In this document: positions 8,499 to 16,801 of the stretch, one piece after another
Layout: each line of letters starts with the position of its first letter
How positions within the stretch are numbered: the stretch's first letter is position 1
Notes under the pieces: model-generated
The model's input: only the letters and a program-made list of their open reading frames with translations
The model's database searches: none
Told to the model about the DNA's origin: nothing
Position numbers and translations under genes: made by a program
Assembly: GCA_007375675.1 (NCBI GenBank)
Contig: VMEU01000004.1
Span: 1 to 62,606 of the forward strand
Reading direction: 5' to 3'
DNA length: 62,606 nucleotides
DNA from: Parcubacteria group bacterium Greene0416_39
GTDB lineage: Bacteria > Patescibacteriota > Minisyncoccia > Minisyncoccales > UBA10102

Positions 8499-10643
8499 AT
8501 GAGAATACTACTCTTTGTAAGCTTAGTTGCGGCAAGTTTCTTTGGCTTTGCTTTTTTTGTTTCTGCAAGTTCTCCTTTTGATATCACCTTTCCAATCCCA
8601 GAGCTTGGCAACTGCCAAGATCAGGCAGGGTGCAAGGCCTTTTGTGATAACTTTGCCAATAAAGATGCGTGCATTGCCTTTGCCCAAAAACATGGGTTAG
8701 CAAGCGACGAACAGGTAGAAGAAGTAAGGAACCTGCCTGCCGTTGGGCCTGGCGGATGCCAGAGTGAATCAGAGTGCCGGGCCTACTGTGACGACTCAAA
8801 TAATGTGGAAGAATGCCTTGCTTTTGCCCAAGAGCATGGCCTTATTAGTAAAGAAAAAGTAGAGAAGACAAGAGAATTTATCAAAAGCGGCCCTGGCGGG
8901 TGCAAAGGGCCAAAGGAGTGCCGTGCATATTGCGAGGATGCGAGCAATCAAGATGAGTGTTTCGCGTTTGCAGAAGAACATAACTTAATCCCCAAAGAAG
9001 AGCTTGAGCGAGGCCGGGCACTTTCAAAACAAGGCGGGCCTGGAGGATGCAAGAGCGAGCAAGAGTGCCGCGCGTATTGCCAAGACCCTACCCATACAGA
9101 GGAATGCTTGGATTCTGCAGTAAAGCTTGGGATGCTGAGCGAAGAACAAGCAAAGAGAATTAAAAAAGCAGCGGTGTTAGGCGGCCCAGGAGGCTGCAAA
9201 GGAGAGGAGTGCCGCACATACTGTGAAGACCCTGCTCATCAGACAGAATGCATTGCGTTTGCAGAGGAGAATGGGTTTATGTCTCCAGAAGATGCTGCGC
9301 GAGCAAGGAAATTTGCAGGCAAAGAGGGTCCAGGAGGGTGTAAAGGAGAACAATGCCGAACGTTTTGTGAGAGTCCAGGCAATGAACAAGCATGTCTTGA
9401 ATTTGCAGAAAGAGAAGGATTAATGCCAGCTGAAGAAGTTGCAAGAGCAAGGAAGTTTCTCACGGTTTCTGAGCAAGGAGGGCCAGGGGGATGCAGAGGT
9501 ATTGAATGCCGGGGCTACTGTCAAGATCCTGCTCATCAGGATGAATGTTTTCAGTTTGCAAAAGGCAACGGACTTCTTCGCGCAGAAGACGAACAGAATT
9601 TTGAAGCAGGCAAGAAACTTCAAAAGGTGGTGCAGGAGTCTGGAGGCCCTGGAGGATGCAAGTCAGACCAAGAATGCCAGGCCTACTGTTCAGATCCTAG
9701 CCATGGAGAAGAATGTATAGCATTTGGTGCGACGCACGGAGGTATTCCAGAAGAAGAAGTACGCAAGATGCTCAAGGAGTTTACCGAGGAGAGACATTCA
9801 GGCCCTGGAGAGTTTCGTCCCTCAGGGGATTTCAGGCGCTTTGAAGAAGAATCCCAGAAACGATTTGAAGAGTTTAGGCAGTTGGAGCACCAGTTCCGCG
9901 GGAAAGAGTTTCCCGCCCAGGGCGGGCCCGCCTTTGGCGGGGGCCCAGGCCAACCAACAGGCCCCGCTAACTTTGCGGGTCCTGGCGGTTGCACTTCTCC
10001 TTCAGAATGTATCAAGTATTGTACCGAGCACAAAGAAGAATGCTTTAGTTTTGGTCCTCCTGGTAAGCCTGGCACTACGCCTCCAGAAGGTGGTATCCCC
10101 CCTGGCCGTGAGTTTGGGCCTCCCAAGCCAGAACAAACTCAACAGTTCCAGCAGTTCAAAAACGAAGGAGATAAGAGAGAATTGTTCAAACAAAAGTTTG
10201 AGGAGTTTAAGCCCCCAGAAGGATTCAAACCTCCAGAAGGTTTCCATCCTCCTGATAGGTCTCAGATAAAAGAATCTATTCCACAAGATAGTCGTGCAGC
10301 AGCCTGTACTGGAGAGGGAGGGGTTTGGGATGGAACCACGTGTCGGCCGCCCAAAGAACCTACTCAATTCTTCCCTGAAGGAGGATTCCCGCAACAACAA
10401 ACCGAGCGACAAGTCCAGCAACAAATGCTTGAACAGCAGATTCAACAGCAAGTACAGCAGGTGCAACAGCTTCAGCTGCAGCAACAACAGCAGCAGCAGA
10501 TTCAACCTCCTGCTCAGCAATTTTTCCCGAGTTCAGGAGGAACCTCTACTCCTCCACCTAGTTTTACCCCGCCACCGAGTACCCCTCCAGCAGGAGGTTC
10601 CATCATTGACGCAGTTCGCTCATTCCTCAGGCTCAAGCCTTAG
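8499..10643 (+). CDS. Secreted cysteine-rich repeat protein (9 x ~48-aa four-Cys units) with Gln/Pro-rich tail
   Basis: Signal/TM at the N-terminus. Nine GPGGCxxxxECxxYCxDxxxxxEC(I/L)xFAxxxG units. The tail is poly-Q (QQLQLQQQQQQQIQ) then Pro-rich. Confidence 0.75.
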   Translation: MRILLFVSLVAASFFGFAFFVSASSPFDITFPIPELGNCQDQAGCKAFCDNFANKDACIAFAQKHGLASDEQVEEVRNLPAVGPGGCQSESECRAYCDDSNNVEECLAFAQEHGLISKEKVEKTREFIKSGPGGCKGPKECRAYCEDASNQDECFAFAEEHNLIPKEELERGRALSKQGGPGGCKSEQECRAYCQDPTHTEECLDSAVKLGMLSEEQAKRIKKAAVLGGPGGCKGEECRTYCEDPAHQTECIAFAEENGFMSPEDAARARKFAGKEGPGGCKGEQCRTFCESPGNEQACLEFAEREGLMPAEEVARARKFLTVSEQGGPGGCRGIECRGYCQDPAHQDECFQFAKGNGLLRAEDEQNFEAGKKLQKVVQESGGPGGCKSDQECQAYCSDPSHGEECIAFGATHGGIPEEEVRKMLKEFTEERHSGPGEFRPSGDFRRFEEESQKRFEEFRQLEHQFRGKEFPAQGGPAFGGGPGQPTGPANFAGPGGCTSPSECIKYCTEHKEECFSFGPPGKPGTTPPEGGIPPGREFGPPKPEQTQQFQQFKNEGDKRELFKQKFEEFKPPEGFKPPEGFHPPDRSQIKESIPQDSRAAACTGEGGVWDGTTCRPPKEPTQFFPEGGFPQQQTERQVQQQMLEQQIQQQVQQVQQLQLQQQQQQQIQPPAQQFFPSSGGTSTPPPSFTPPPSTPPAGGSIIDAVRSFLRLKP
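8607..10089 (+). repeat. Coding tandem repeats (nine four-Cys units)
   Basis: GGCCC(T/A)GG(A/C)GG(A/G)TGC... recurs about every 140-150 nt. Confidence 0.8.
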
Positions 10644-10645
10644 TC

Positions 10646-11608
10646 ATGCCTTTTCAGCTTTTCTATCTTCTTTCGTTTCTCGCGCTTCCTGTATGGACGT
10701 TGAGTTTCGGTTCTCTGGTTTTTCAGTTTATTGAAAGAATGCTCCCGGATGCCTTGTCTTATGGGTACGGGGGAGGTTTTGCTTTCGGTGCCCTGAAAAA
10801 TGTTGTCGCTTCACTTATCATCGCGTTTCCCTTGTACCTATTTTTGATGTGGCAGCTTTGGAAAGGCGCCAAGGTGCATCCAGAACAACTCCAATCTCTG
10901 GTTCGGAAATGGTTCACCTATATTGTCCTTGTTGTGGTCGCAGGAGTCATTCTCGGAGATCTCATCGCGTTACTTACCAGTTTTTTGGGAGGAGAGTTGG
11001 CATTACGGTTTTCTCTCAAGGCGTTGAGCATTCTTGCAATCTCAGCAAGCATTTTTGGCTACTATTTTTTTGAACTCAAAAGGAGCGGCGTCTCTCTATT
11101 CCCAAGAGGACTAAAGGTTTTTGTTGGGGCCGTTATTCTCCTCGTTCTTCTTGCAACCGTGTACGCATTTTCTGTTATGGGAAGTCCAGGCAAACAGCGC
11201 GCCCTTCAGTTTGACCAGCGCCGTGCATCAGACATTCAGCAGATTTCCTATGCAATAGATAGCTACTGGGAGAGAAACAAAAAACTCCCCTTAAGCTTTG
11301 AAGAACTCAAGACTCAACCATATTTATACATTCAGTCAGTAAAAGATCCCAAAACCCAAGAGCTCTATGAGTACCAGGTCTTGGAAGACAAAAAGTATGA
11401 GCTTTGTGCGGTGTTTGAAACTGATTCAGGTGAATACAAACAGAGAGCAAAAGTTCAAACTCCGTTTTCTGAAGAAATATGGAACCATGGTATCGGGCGA
11501 ACCTGTTTTGAAAAAGAAGCGCAGTCTTCTCGAAACGATAAAGAGCTCCAGTTTCTGAACGCCCCTGTTCAAATTCCTGCAAGCCCTGTTCCAGCAAGAG
11601 CTTTTTGA
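10646..11608 (+). CDS. Multi-pass membrane protein, DUF5671-like N-terminus with pseudopilin-like C-terminal domain
   Basis: About 5 TM helices, then QRRASDIQQISYAIDSYWERNKKLP...YEYQVLEDKKYELCAVFE. Family assignment is from memory only. Confidence 0.55.
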   Translation: MPFQLFYLLSFLALPVWTLSFGSLVFQFIERMLPDALSYGYGGGFAFGALKNVVASLIIAFPLYLFLMWQLWKGAKVHPEQLQSLVRKWFTYIVLVVVAGVILGDLIALLTSFLGGELALRFSLKALSILAISASIFGYYFFELKRSGVSLFPRGLKVFVGAVILLVLLATVYAFSVMGSPGKQRALQFDQRRASDIQQISYAIDSYWERNKKLPLSFEELKTQPYLYIQSVKDPKTQELYEYQVLEDKKYELCAVFETDSGEYKQRAKVQTPFSEEIWNHGIGRTCFEKEAQSSRNDKELQFLNAPVQIPASPVPARAF

Positions 11609-11614
11609 TTCTTT

Positions 11615-12253
11615 GTGGTAGAGTCTTTTGAGATAAGGAAAAGGCGCGCAAACGCTATTGTCAGGAAGCTTAAGCAACTCTTCCCAAAGGCAAAGATTGT
11701 ACTCAAATACTCCAACAACTGGGAGCTTTTGGTTGCAGTTCAACTTTCGGCGCAGTGTACCGATAAAAAGGTGAACGAGGTTACAGCCAAGCTTTTCCAA
11801 AAATACAAGACGCTCGATAGCTACGTGAAGGCATCCCGCAGCCGGCTATCCATCAAAGCATTTGAAAAAGATATTCATTCGTGCGGATTTTTTCGCAACA
11901 AAACTAAGAATATTTTAGCAGCAGCAAAACTCATCAAAGAAAAGTTTTGCGGCACAATTCCCCGCACCATGAAAGAAATGCTTACCATTCCTGGGGTAGC
12001 GAGAAAAACCGCAAACGTGGTGTTGGGTAATGCCTATGGTGTGGTAGAGGGAATTGCGGTGGATACTCACGTAATGCGCCTTTCCCAGAAATTTGGCCTC
12101 ACCGACCACAAAGACCCAGTCAAAATTGAGCGAGACCTCATGGAATTGGTTCCCAGGGGAGACTGGTTTTTTCTCACTTATGGTCTTATTGAATACGGCC
12201 GTCAGATTTGTCCTGCGAGACCACACGATTGTAAAAAACATGTTGCCCTATAA
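11615..12253 (+). CDS. nth: Endonuclease III (HhH-GPD DNA glycosylase), C-terminally short
   Basis: GTG start. ELLVAVQLSAQCTDKKVN and LTIPGVARKTANVVL form the HhH motif. It ends ...ICPARPHDCKKHVAL, with only two of the four usual Fe-S cysteines. Confidence 0.85.
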   Translation: MVESFEIRKRRANAIVRKLKQLFPKAKIVLKYSNNWELLVAVQLSAQCTDKKVNEVTAKLFQKYKTLDSYVKASRSRLSIKAFEKDIHSCGFFRNKTKNILAAAKLIKEKFCGTIPRTMKEMLTIPGVARKTANVVLGNAYGVVEGIAVDTHVMRLSQKFGLTDHKDPVKIERDLMELVPRGDWFFLTYGLIEYGRQICPARPHDCKKHVAL

Positions 12254-12623
12254 ACTCATAGAGAAAAAGTGTGTGCCGTGCGAAGCCAGGCACAGTACTG
12301 TGCCTGGCGAAGGGGGAGCGCAACCCTTCACGGTTTCGCAAATCAGAGATTACTTAGTTCAGCTCAACCCTTCGACAAGCTCAGAGCAGGAGTGGGAAGT
12401 TTTAGATGACAAGAAAATCAAAAAGCAATTCAAATTCAAAAACTTCAAGGAAGCCATTGCTTTTGTGAACAAAGTTGCGGAACTCGCAGAACAGGAAGGA
12501 CATCATCCCGACGTTCGCATTTTTGGATACAAAAATGTAGAAATTGAGCTTTCAACCCACGCGATCAACGGCCTTTCAGAAAACGATTTTATCCTCGCAG
12601 CAAAAATTGAACAATTAGTTTAG
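12240..12623 (+). CDS. Pterin-4-alpha-carbinolamine dehydratase
   Basis: FKNFKEAIAFVNKVAELAEQEGHHPDV...ELSTH is the PCD signature. ATG 12240 overlaps the nth end by 14 nt. Confidence 0.85.
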   Translation: MLPYKLIEKKCVPCEARHSTVPGEGGAQPFTVSQIRDYLVQLNPSTSSEQEWEVLDDKKIKKQFKFKNFKEAIAFVNKVAELAEQEGHHPDVRIFGYKNVEIELSTHAINGLSENDFILAAKIEQLV

Positions 12624-12643
12624 TATGCATCTAACGAGGGCTA

Positions 12644-12664
12644 TACAAAGGTCCGTCCTTTGTA
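12644..12664. repeat. REP-like hairpin TACAAAGG-TCCGT-CCTTTGTA (copy 1)
   Basis: Perfect 8-bp stem with a 5-nt loop, directly downstream of the transposase stop. Confidence 0.85.
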
Positions 12665-12665
12665 G

Positions 12666-13319
12666 TTATTCGAGGAGGAGAGAGGCAATATCTTTTGGAT
12701 ATTCTTCTAGCTCTTCTACAAAAACTTTATATTCTTGTTGCGGAAATTTTTGAGAAAAGAAAGCAAATATTTCATTCGTATCTACCCAATCTTGTTTTCT
12801 CTTTCCTAGATAGTTTGGGTAGCTCGAGTACGGATAACTACACAAAGGTCCGTCCTTTGCAAGTAGTTCTTTGGGATTTTGGTGTATGTATTTTGATACA
12901 TATACAAATTGTTCATCTCTTTCTATTAAAACTGCTTTGTATCTTCCTTGGAAAAGCGGGCCTACCCGTTGATATGTTCTATTAAAATATCCTGAGTAAC
13001 TTGTTGCAAGAGCTCTCATAAATTTTTCCATCCCCCTCTCCACGAGATTTTTTATCAGCAGATGGAAGTGGTTTGGCATAAGGCAATATGCCAAAAGGTG
13101 TACTTGCTTATTGCAATTTAGTGGTTTTCTTCGAGGGATTATCTCTTTAGGATTTTTGAGATCCTGGTGTTCTGGCGGGAGCAAGTATTCTTTGAGAAAA
13201 TAAAGAAAGGTCCTATAGTCTTTTTCGGTAGGAAAGATGTTTTGCTTTGCTACTCCACGATTATAAATATGGTAGTACCCGCCCTCCACAAAGCTCTTTA
13301 TTACATTTTTTGCAGGCAT
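12666..13319 (-). CDS. IS200/RAYT-like Y1 (HuH) transposase
   Basis: HuH motif (MPNHFHLLI) and YIHQNP tyrosine motif. Start taken at MPAKN (13319). Flanked by CAAAGG-TCCGT-CCTTTG hairpins. Confidence 0.8.
   Translation of the reverse strand: MPAKNVIKSFVEGGYYHIYNRGVAKQNIFPTEKDYRTFLYFLKEYLLPPEHQDLKNPKEIIPRRKPLNCNKQVHLLAYCLMPNHFHLLIKNLVERGMEKFMRALATSYSGYFNRTYQRVGPLFQGRYKAVLIERDEQFVYVSKYIHQNPKELLAKDGPLCSYPYSSYPNYLGKRKQDWVDTNEIFAFFSQKFPQQEYKVFVEELEEYPKDIASLLLE
12836..12866. repeat. REP-like hairpin (copy 2, inside transposase CDS)
   Basis: AACTAC-A-CAAAGG-TCCGT-CCTTTG-CAA-GTAGTT. It encodes ...AKDGPLC... on the minus strand. Confidence 0.8.
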
Positions 13320-13376
13320 ATCTTGAGGTGAATATATGAACTCTGATATAATAATATAAGATATAAGAGGATTATG

Positions 13377-13393
13377 CAAAGGTCCGTCCTTTG
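13377..13393. repeat. REP-like hairpin CAAAGG-TCCGT-CCTTTG (copy 3)
   Basis: Identical 17-mer located between the transposase start and the ASCH gene. Confidence 0.85.
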
Positions 13394-13402
13394 TATTATG
13401 CT

Positions 13403-13888
13403 ATGGATCACGTGGCGATCATGAGAAAATCATGGAAGCTCACCGAGAAGATTCTCACGGGAGAAAAGAGTATTGAGTCTCGGTGGTACAAAACAAGGTA
13501 TGCTCCTTGGGCCAGAATACATAAGGGAGACTCCGTGTATTTTAAAGATTCAGGCGAGCCTGCGAGATTACAGGCAAGGGTACAAAAAGTGTTGCAGTTT
13601 CAAGACCTTACTCCAGCAAGAGTACAAGAACTTTTGCAAAAGTACGCAAGAGCCGATGGCATTGAGAAAAAAGATATCCCAGCATTCTTTGAAAGATTTA
13701 AAGATAAAAAGTATTGCATTCTCATATTTTTGAAAAATCCGAGGAACGTAGAACCGTTTGAAATCAATAAAAAAGGTTTTGGGGCAATGGCCTCGTGGAT
13801 AATCGTTAAGAATGCCAAAGAAATAAAACTCTACAAGCAGGAGACAAAAGAAAAAGGTCGCCACGGGAAACGTGTGGCGACCTATTGA
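13403..13888 (+). CDS. ASCH (PUA-like) domain protein
   Basis: MDHVAIMRKSWKLTEKILTGEKSIESRW...GDSVYFK resembles the ASCH fold. ATG 13403 is preferred over the TTG at 13391, which overlaps the hairpin. Confidence 0.6.
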   Translation: MDHVAIMRKSWKLTEKILTGEKSIESRWYKTRYAPWARIHKGDSVYFKDSGEPARLQARVQKVLQFQDLTPARVQELLQKYARADGIEKKDIPAFFERFKDKKYCILIFLKNPRNVEPFEINKKGFGAMASWIIVKNAKEIKLYKQETKEKGRHGKRVATY

Positions 13889-13916
13889 TCTTCTTGAATC
13901 CCAAGGTAGGGAATGT

Positions 13917-14297
13917 TCAAGGAGGGGTGCCTGTGGGAACGAAAAAGGTGCTTAGTCTCTGAATAACCTTTTCACTCCTGCGCAGTTCTCTGAGTGCTTC
14001 TATCCTTGTCCTAGTAACATACCGTGGAGAAATAGGCATCTGTGTTCCAATTTCTCTAGGCGTAAACCTTATCCCGTTCAAGCCATACGACTTATCGAGA
14101 ACTGTTTTCCGTCTTGCCCAGCGTCTATGATCATTCTTACCCTTTGTGAAAGGAAGAGTATCTAATGCGTTGTTGAGCGCGGCTTGGAGCGAGAGTGTTT
14201 CTCCATTCTCCTTGGTGATAGTAGTGCAGATGGGGGTATCAGCAGGCTTGTCTCGGAAAATCGCTCTGAGCAAGTTTTCTGGTCCACGGCTTGTCAT
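13917..14297 (-). CDS. Sigma-70 region-4-like HTH protein
   Basis: C-terminal TPREIGTQMPISPRYVTRTRIEALRELR resembles a sigma region 4 HTH. Confidence 0.5.
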   Translation of the reverse strand: MTSRGPENLLRAIFRDKPADTPICTTITKENGETLSLQAALNNALDTLPFTKGKNDHRRWARRKTVLDKSYGLNGIRFTPREIGTQMPISPRYVTRTRIEALRELRRSEKVIQRLSTFFVPTGTPP

Positions 14298-14431
14298 ATA
14301 AGCCCTACCTTTTCTAAAGATTTTCTGTGGAGGGTACCACCCGTATTATAATAACTGCCCTCCAATTGTCAAATTGCAAATGTTAATAAAGTAAAGTACA
14401 ATACGTAAATGCTACGCTAAGGGCAAAGTGT

Positions 14432-15202
14432 ATGTCTTCATACTATTCTGGAAAACGGACAAGGAATCTTTTTGACCCAAAATCAAAGGAGCCGTTTACA
14501 TTAAGCCGCAGCAAGCTTGATCTTTTTATAAAGTGCGCTCGGTGTTTTTATCTTGACGTACGCCTGGGAGTTGGCCAGCCGCCAGGATATCCCTTTACCC
14601 TCAACGCCGCCGTTGACAAATTACTGAAGAAAGAGTTTGACCTGCACAGGGTTGCCAACACCACTCATCCCCTCATGGAAGCGTATGGTATTGACGGGGT
14701 TCCTTTTCAGCACAAGGACATGGAGGCATGGAGAGATTCTCTTTCTCGAGGGATCAGGTTTTTCCATGAACCAACAAATCTTACATTACGAGGAGGCATT
14801 GATGACGTTTGGCAAAACTCTAAAGGCGAGTTGCACATTGTTGACTACAAGGCAACTGCAAAAAACAGCGAGGTTACTCTTGACGCTGAATGGCAGGACG
14901 GCTACAAGCGCCAGATGGAGATTTACCAGTGGCTGTTTTACGGGAACGGGTTTAAGGTTTCCCCTGTAGGGTATTTTGTGTACGTGAACGGAAAAACAGA
15001 CAAAGAAGCGTTTGACGGAAAGCTTGAATTTGATGTGAAGATTATTCCTTATGAGGGAGATTGTTCATGGGTAGACGATACACTGGTGAAGGCCAAGGAA
15101 TGTTTGATGCTAGACAAACTTCCCTCTGCTTCTGCAGACTGCGACTTTTGCACTTACCGCAAGGCAGTGCAAGACGCCTTGGAACCCTTTACCAAAAGTT
15201 GA
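14432..15202 (+). CDS. PD-(D/E)XK nuclease, Cas4/RecB-like with Cys cluster
   Basis: N-terminal KCARCFY, core GGIDDV...IVDYKAT...QMEIYQW, and C-terminal CDFCTY. Confidence 0.7.
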   Translation: MSSYYSGKRTRNLFDPKSKEPFTLSRSKLDLFIKCARCFYLDVRLGVGQPPGYPFTLNAAVDKLLKKEFDLHRVANTTHPLMEAYGIDGVPFQHKDMEAWRDSLSRGIRFFHEPTNLTLRGGIDDVWQNSKGELHIVDYKATAKNSEVTLDAEWQDGYKRQMEIYQWLFYGNGFKVSPVGYFVYVNGKTDKEAFDGKLEFDVKIIPYEGDCSWVDDTLVKAKECLMLDKLPSASADCDFCTYRKAVQDALEPFTKS

Positions 15203-15232
15203 CATCGGGCTTTGCAAGCGTAGAATAAAACT

Positions 15233-15448
15233 ATGGATAGAGAAGGAGTTACAATCGAAGATCTTGCGCGAATGGTTGCGAAGGGGTTTGAGGAGACGGC
15301 AAAGGCTCAGGTGGTTGAGGCTGAATTTCGTGTAGTGAATGAGAGGCTTGATCGGATTGAAAAGTTTCTTCTTGAAGAACATCGCAGAAGAATTGAACGT
15401 TTGGAAGATCAGGTGAAAGAAATCCGGGAGACGCTTGCGATGAAATAG
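15233..15448 (+). CDS. Small coiled-coil protein (hypothetical)
   Basis: 71 aa rich in heptad-like charged residues, followed by an intrinsic terminator. Confidence 0.45.
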   Translation: MDREGVTIEDLARMVAKGFEETAKAQVVEAEFRVVNERLDRIEKFLLEEHRRRIERLEDQVKEIRETLAMK

Positions 15449-15460
15449 TTAATGAACAGA

Positions 15461-15490
15461 AACAGTCTCGAAAAAAGACTGTTTTTTTAT
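15461..15490 (+). terminator. Intrinsic terminator
   Basis: AACAGTCT-CGAAAAA-AGACTGTT followed by TTTTTAT. Confidence 0.75.
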
Positions 15491-15550
15491 TTGTTGGGAT
15501 ACTTAAAAAGTCCACGGACGTGAAGATTTTATGTATCTGCGAGAATAAAT

Positions 15551-15576
15551 AAGCCCCGCTGTTGCCGGCGGGGCTT
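15551..15576 (-). terminator. Terminator hairpin for minus-strand gene 15623-16087 (possibly bidirectional)
   Basis: AAGCCCCGC-8 nt-GCGGGGCTT flanked by A/T runs on both sides. Confidence 0.65.
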
Positions 15577-15622
15577 TATTTGGGGGTGAGGTATTTCCGG
15601 AGTGGTCTTAGTGATTGGGGGT

Positions 15623-16087
15623 TTACTTAGTTTTGTCGTCGTCCCAACTGGCCCGAATCTTGCCGATTTTTGCCCAAAAAGCATCATGTTCTGCAGAATC
15701 TATCAGGATATCGATCCTGGTGTTGGAGAGGTAAAGGATGCCGAGGCCGAGATCAAAGTTGGCTTGACCCCGAGAGTCTGTCGTCGTCCGCTCCTCAAAA
15801 CAGATGTATTGTTTAACGCTTTCAGCGTTTGCATTGAATTGCGAACACTCCACAGGGATTCCTGCTATGGGTTTCCCAGTAGGACTTTCTAATGTGCAAG
15901 ACAATACATTGCCTGCAGCAGTGAAGCGAACTACTGCATTGAGCTTCGGTTTCTGAACCGGAATGGTTTGCTTTAGGTGGTGGGCGATATTATAGATCGC
16001 AACGACAAAGTTAGCACTATCGTCAATGGTAGGATGCCATCCTCGATCCGTCACCCAAAACATATCGTGAGGGTTTCTAGTGGTCAT
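15623..16087 (-). CDS. Hypothetical protein with carboxypeptidase-regulatory-like beta segment
   Basis: Start at MTTRNPH, with AGAGGGG upstream. Contains SPTGKPIAGIPVEC...TDSRGQANF. No signal peptide. Confidence 0.5.
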   Translation of the reverse strand: MTTRNPHDMFWVTDRGWHPTIDDSANFVVAIYNIAHHLKQTIPVQKPKLNAVVRFTAAGNVLSCTLESPTGKPIAGIPVECSQFNANAESVKQYICFEERTTTDSRGQANFDLGLGILYLSNTRIDILIDSAEHDAFWAKIGKIRASWDDDKTK

Positions 16088-16267
16088 TATTTTCCCCTCT
16101 TTGTACAGATTTGCTACTATCTTAGGTAGCTGTGATAATTTAAGCATAGGTATTCTTATTTGTCAAGTGGTCAGACAGTAGGGTATAGTAAAGATGATGA
16201 AACACGTGAGTTTTACGCAGCCGATGACCTAGTTTTACTTGTCCCCCAGAAGATATATAATAGAGGT

Positions 16268-16801
16268 ATGAAATGTGGATGGTGTAAAGTAAGAAAATAC
16301 CATGCATTTGGATTATGCCTTCGTTGTTATCATAGGGTTTATTATGGTATCAAGAGTGGGAGATGGAATTCGCATTTGAGAGAATGGACGATGCCAAAGG
16401 TGCAAGCAATAGAGAAAGCTTATATCGCAGGGATAATAGACGGGGAAGGATGTATTAAGCTTTACCCGCACGTAAAACCTCCTTGTCAGATTACAATAGC
16501 AAATAATGATAAAAGGATGCTTCTCTGGGTGCAGGAAAAATTGCAATGCGGGAATATCTATATCCATAAGCTTCCTCCAGAACGAAAACATAAAACTCAA
16601 TATCAATGGCGTATAGCGGCACGAGAACAGATAAAGAAGATACTCAATGCGGTAAAACCCTATCTCATTATTAAAAAAGATCAGGCAGAGAGAATGATTG
16701 AGTATATTCGATTAAAACCGTATCGTGGATATCGAATCTCAGATTGTCCGCCGCAGATACTTAAAACCATACAGAGAAAGTATGCAAATAAAACATACTA
16801 G
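16268..16801 (+). CDS. Free-standing LAGLIDADG-type endonuclease-like protein with N-terminal zinc ribbon
   Basis: CGWCKV...CLRCYH zinc ribbon, then YIAGIIDGEGC (a single LAGLIDADG motif). ATG at 16268 follows AGAGG. Confidence 0.65.
   Translation: MKCGWCKVRKYHAFGLCLRCYHRVYYGIKSGRWNSHLREWTMPKVQAIEKAYIAGIIDGEGCIKLYPHVKPPCQITIANNDKRMLLWVQEKLQCGNIYIHKLPPERKHKTQYQWRIAAREQIKKILNAVKPYLIIKKDQAERMIEYIRLKPYRGYRISDCPPQILKTIQRKYANKTY

Larger units (their letters stand above)
12644..13393 (-). mobile_element. Hairpin-bounded RAYT/IS200-like unit
   Basis: The same 17-nt hairpin occurs at 12646-12662 (after the stop) and 13377-13393 (before the start). A third copy lies inside the CDS at 12843-12859. Confidence 0.6.
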
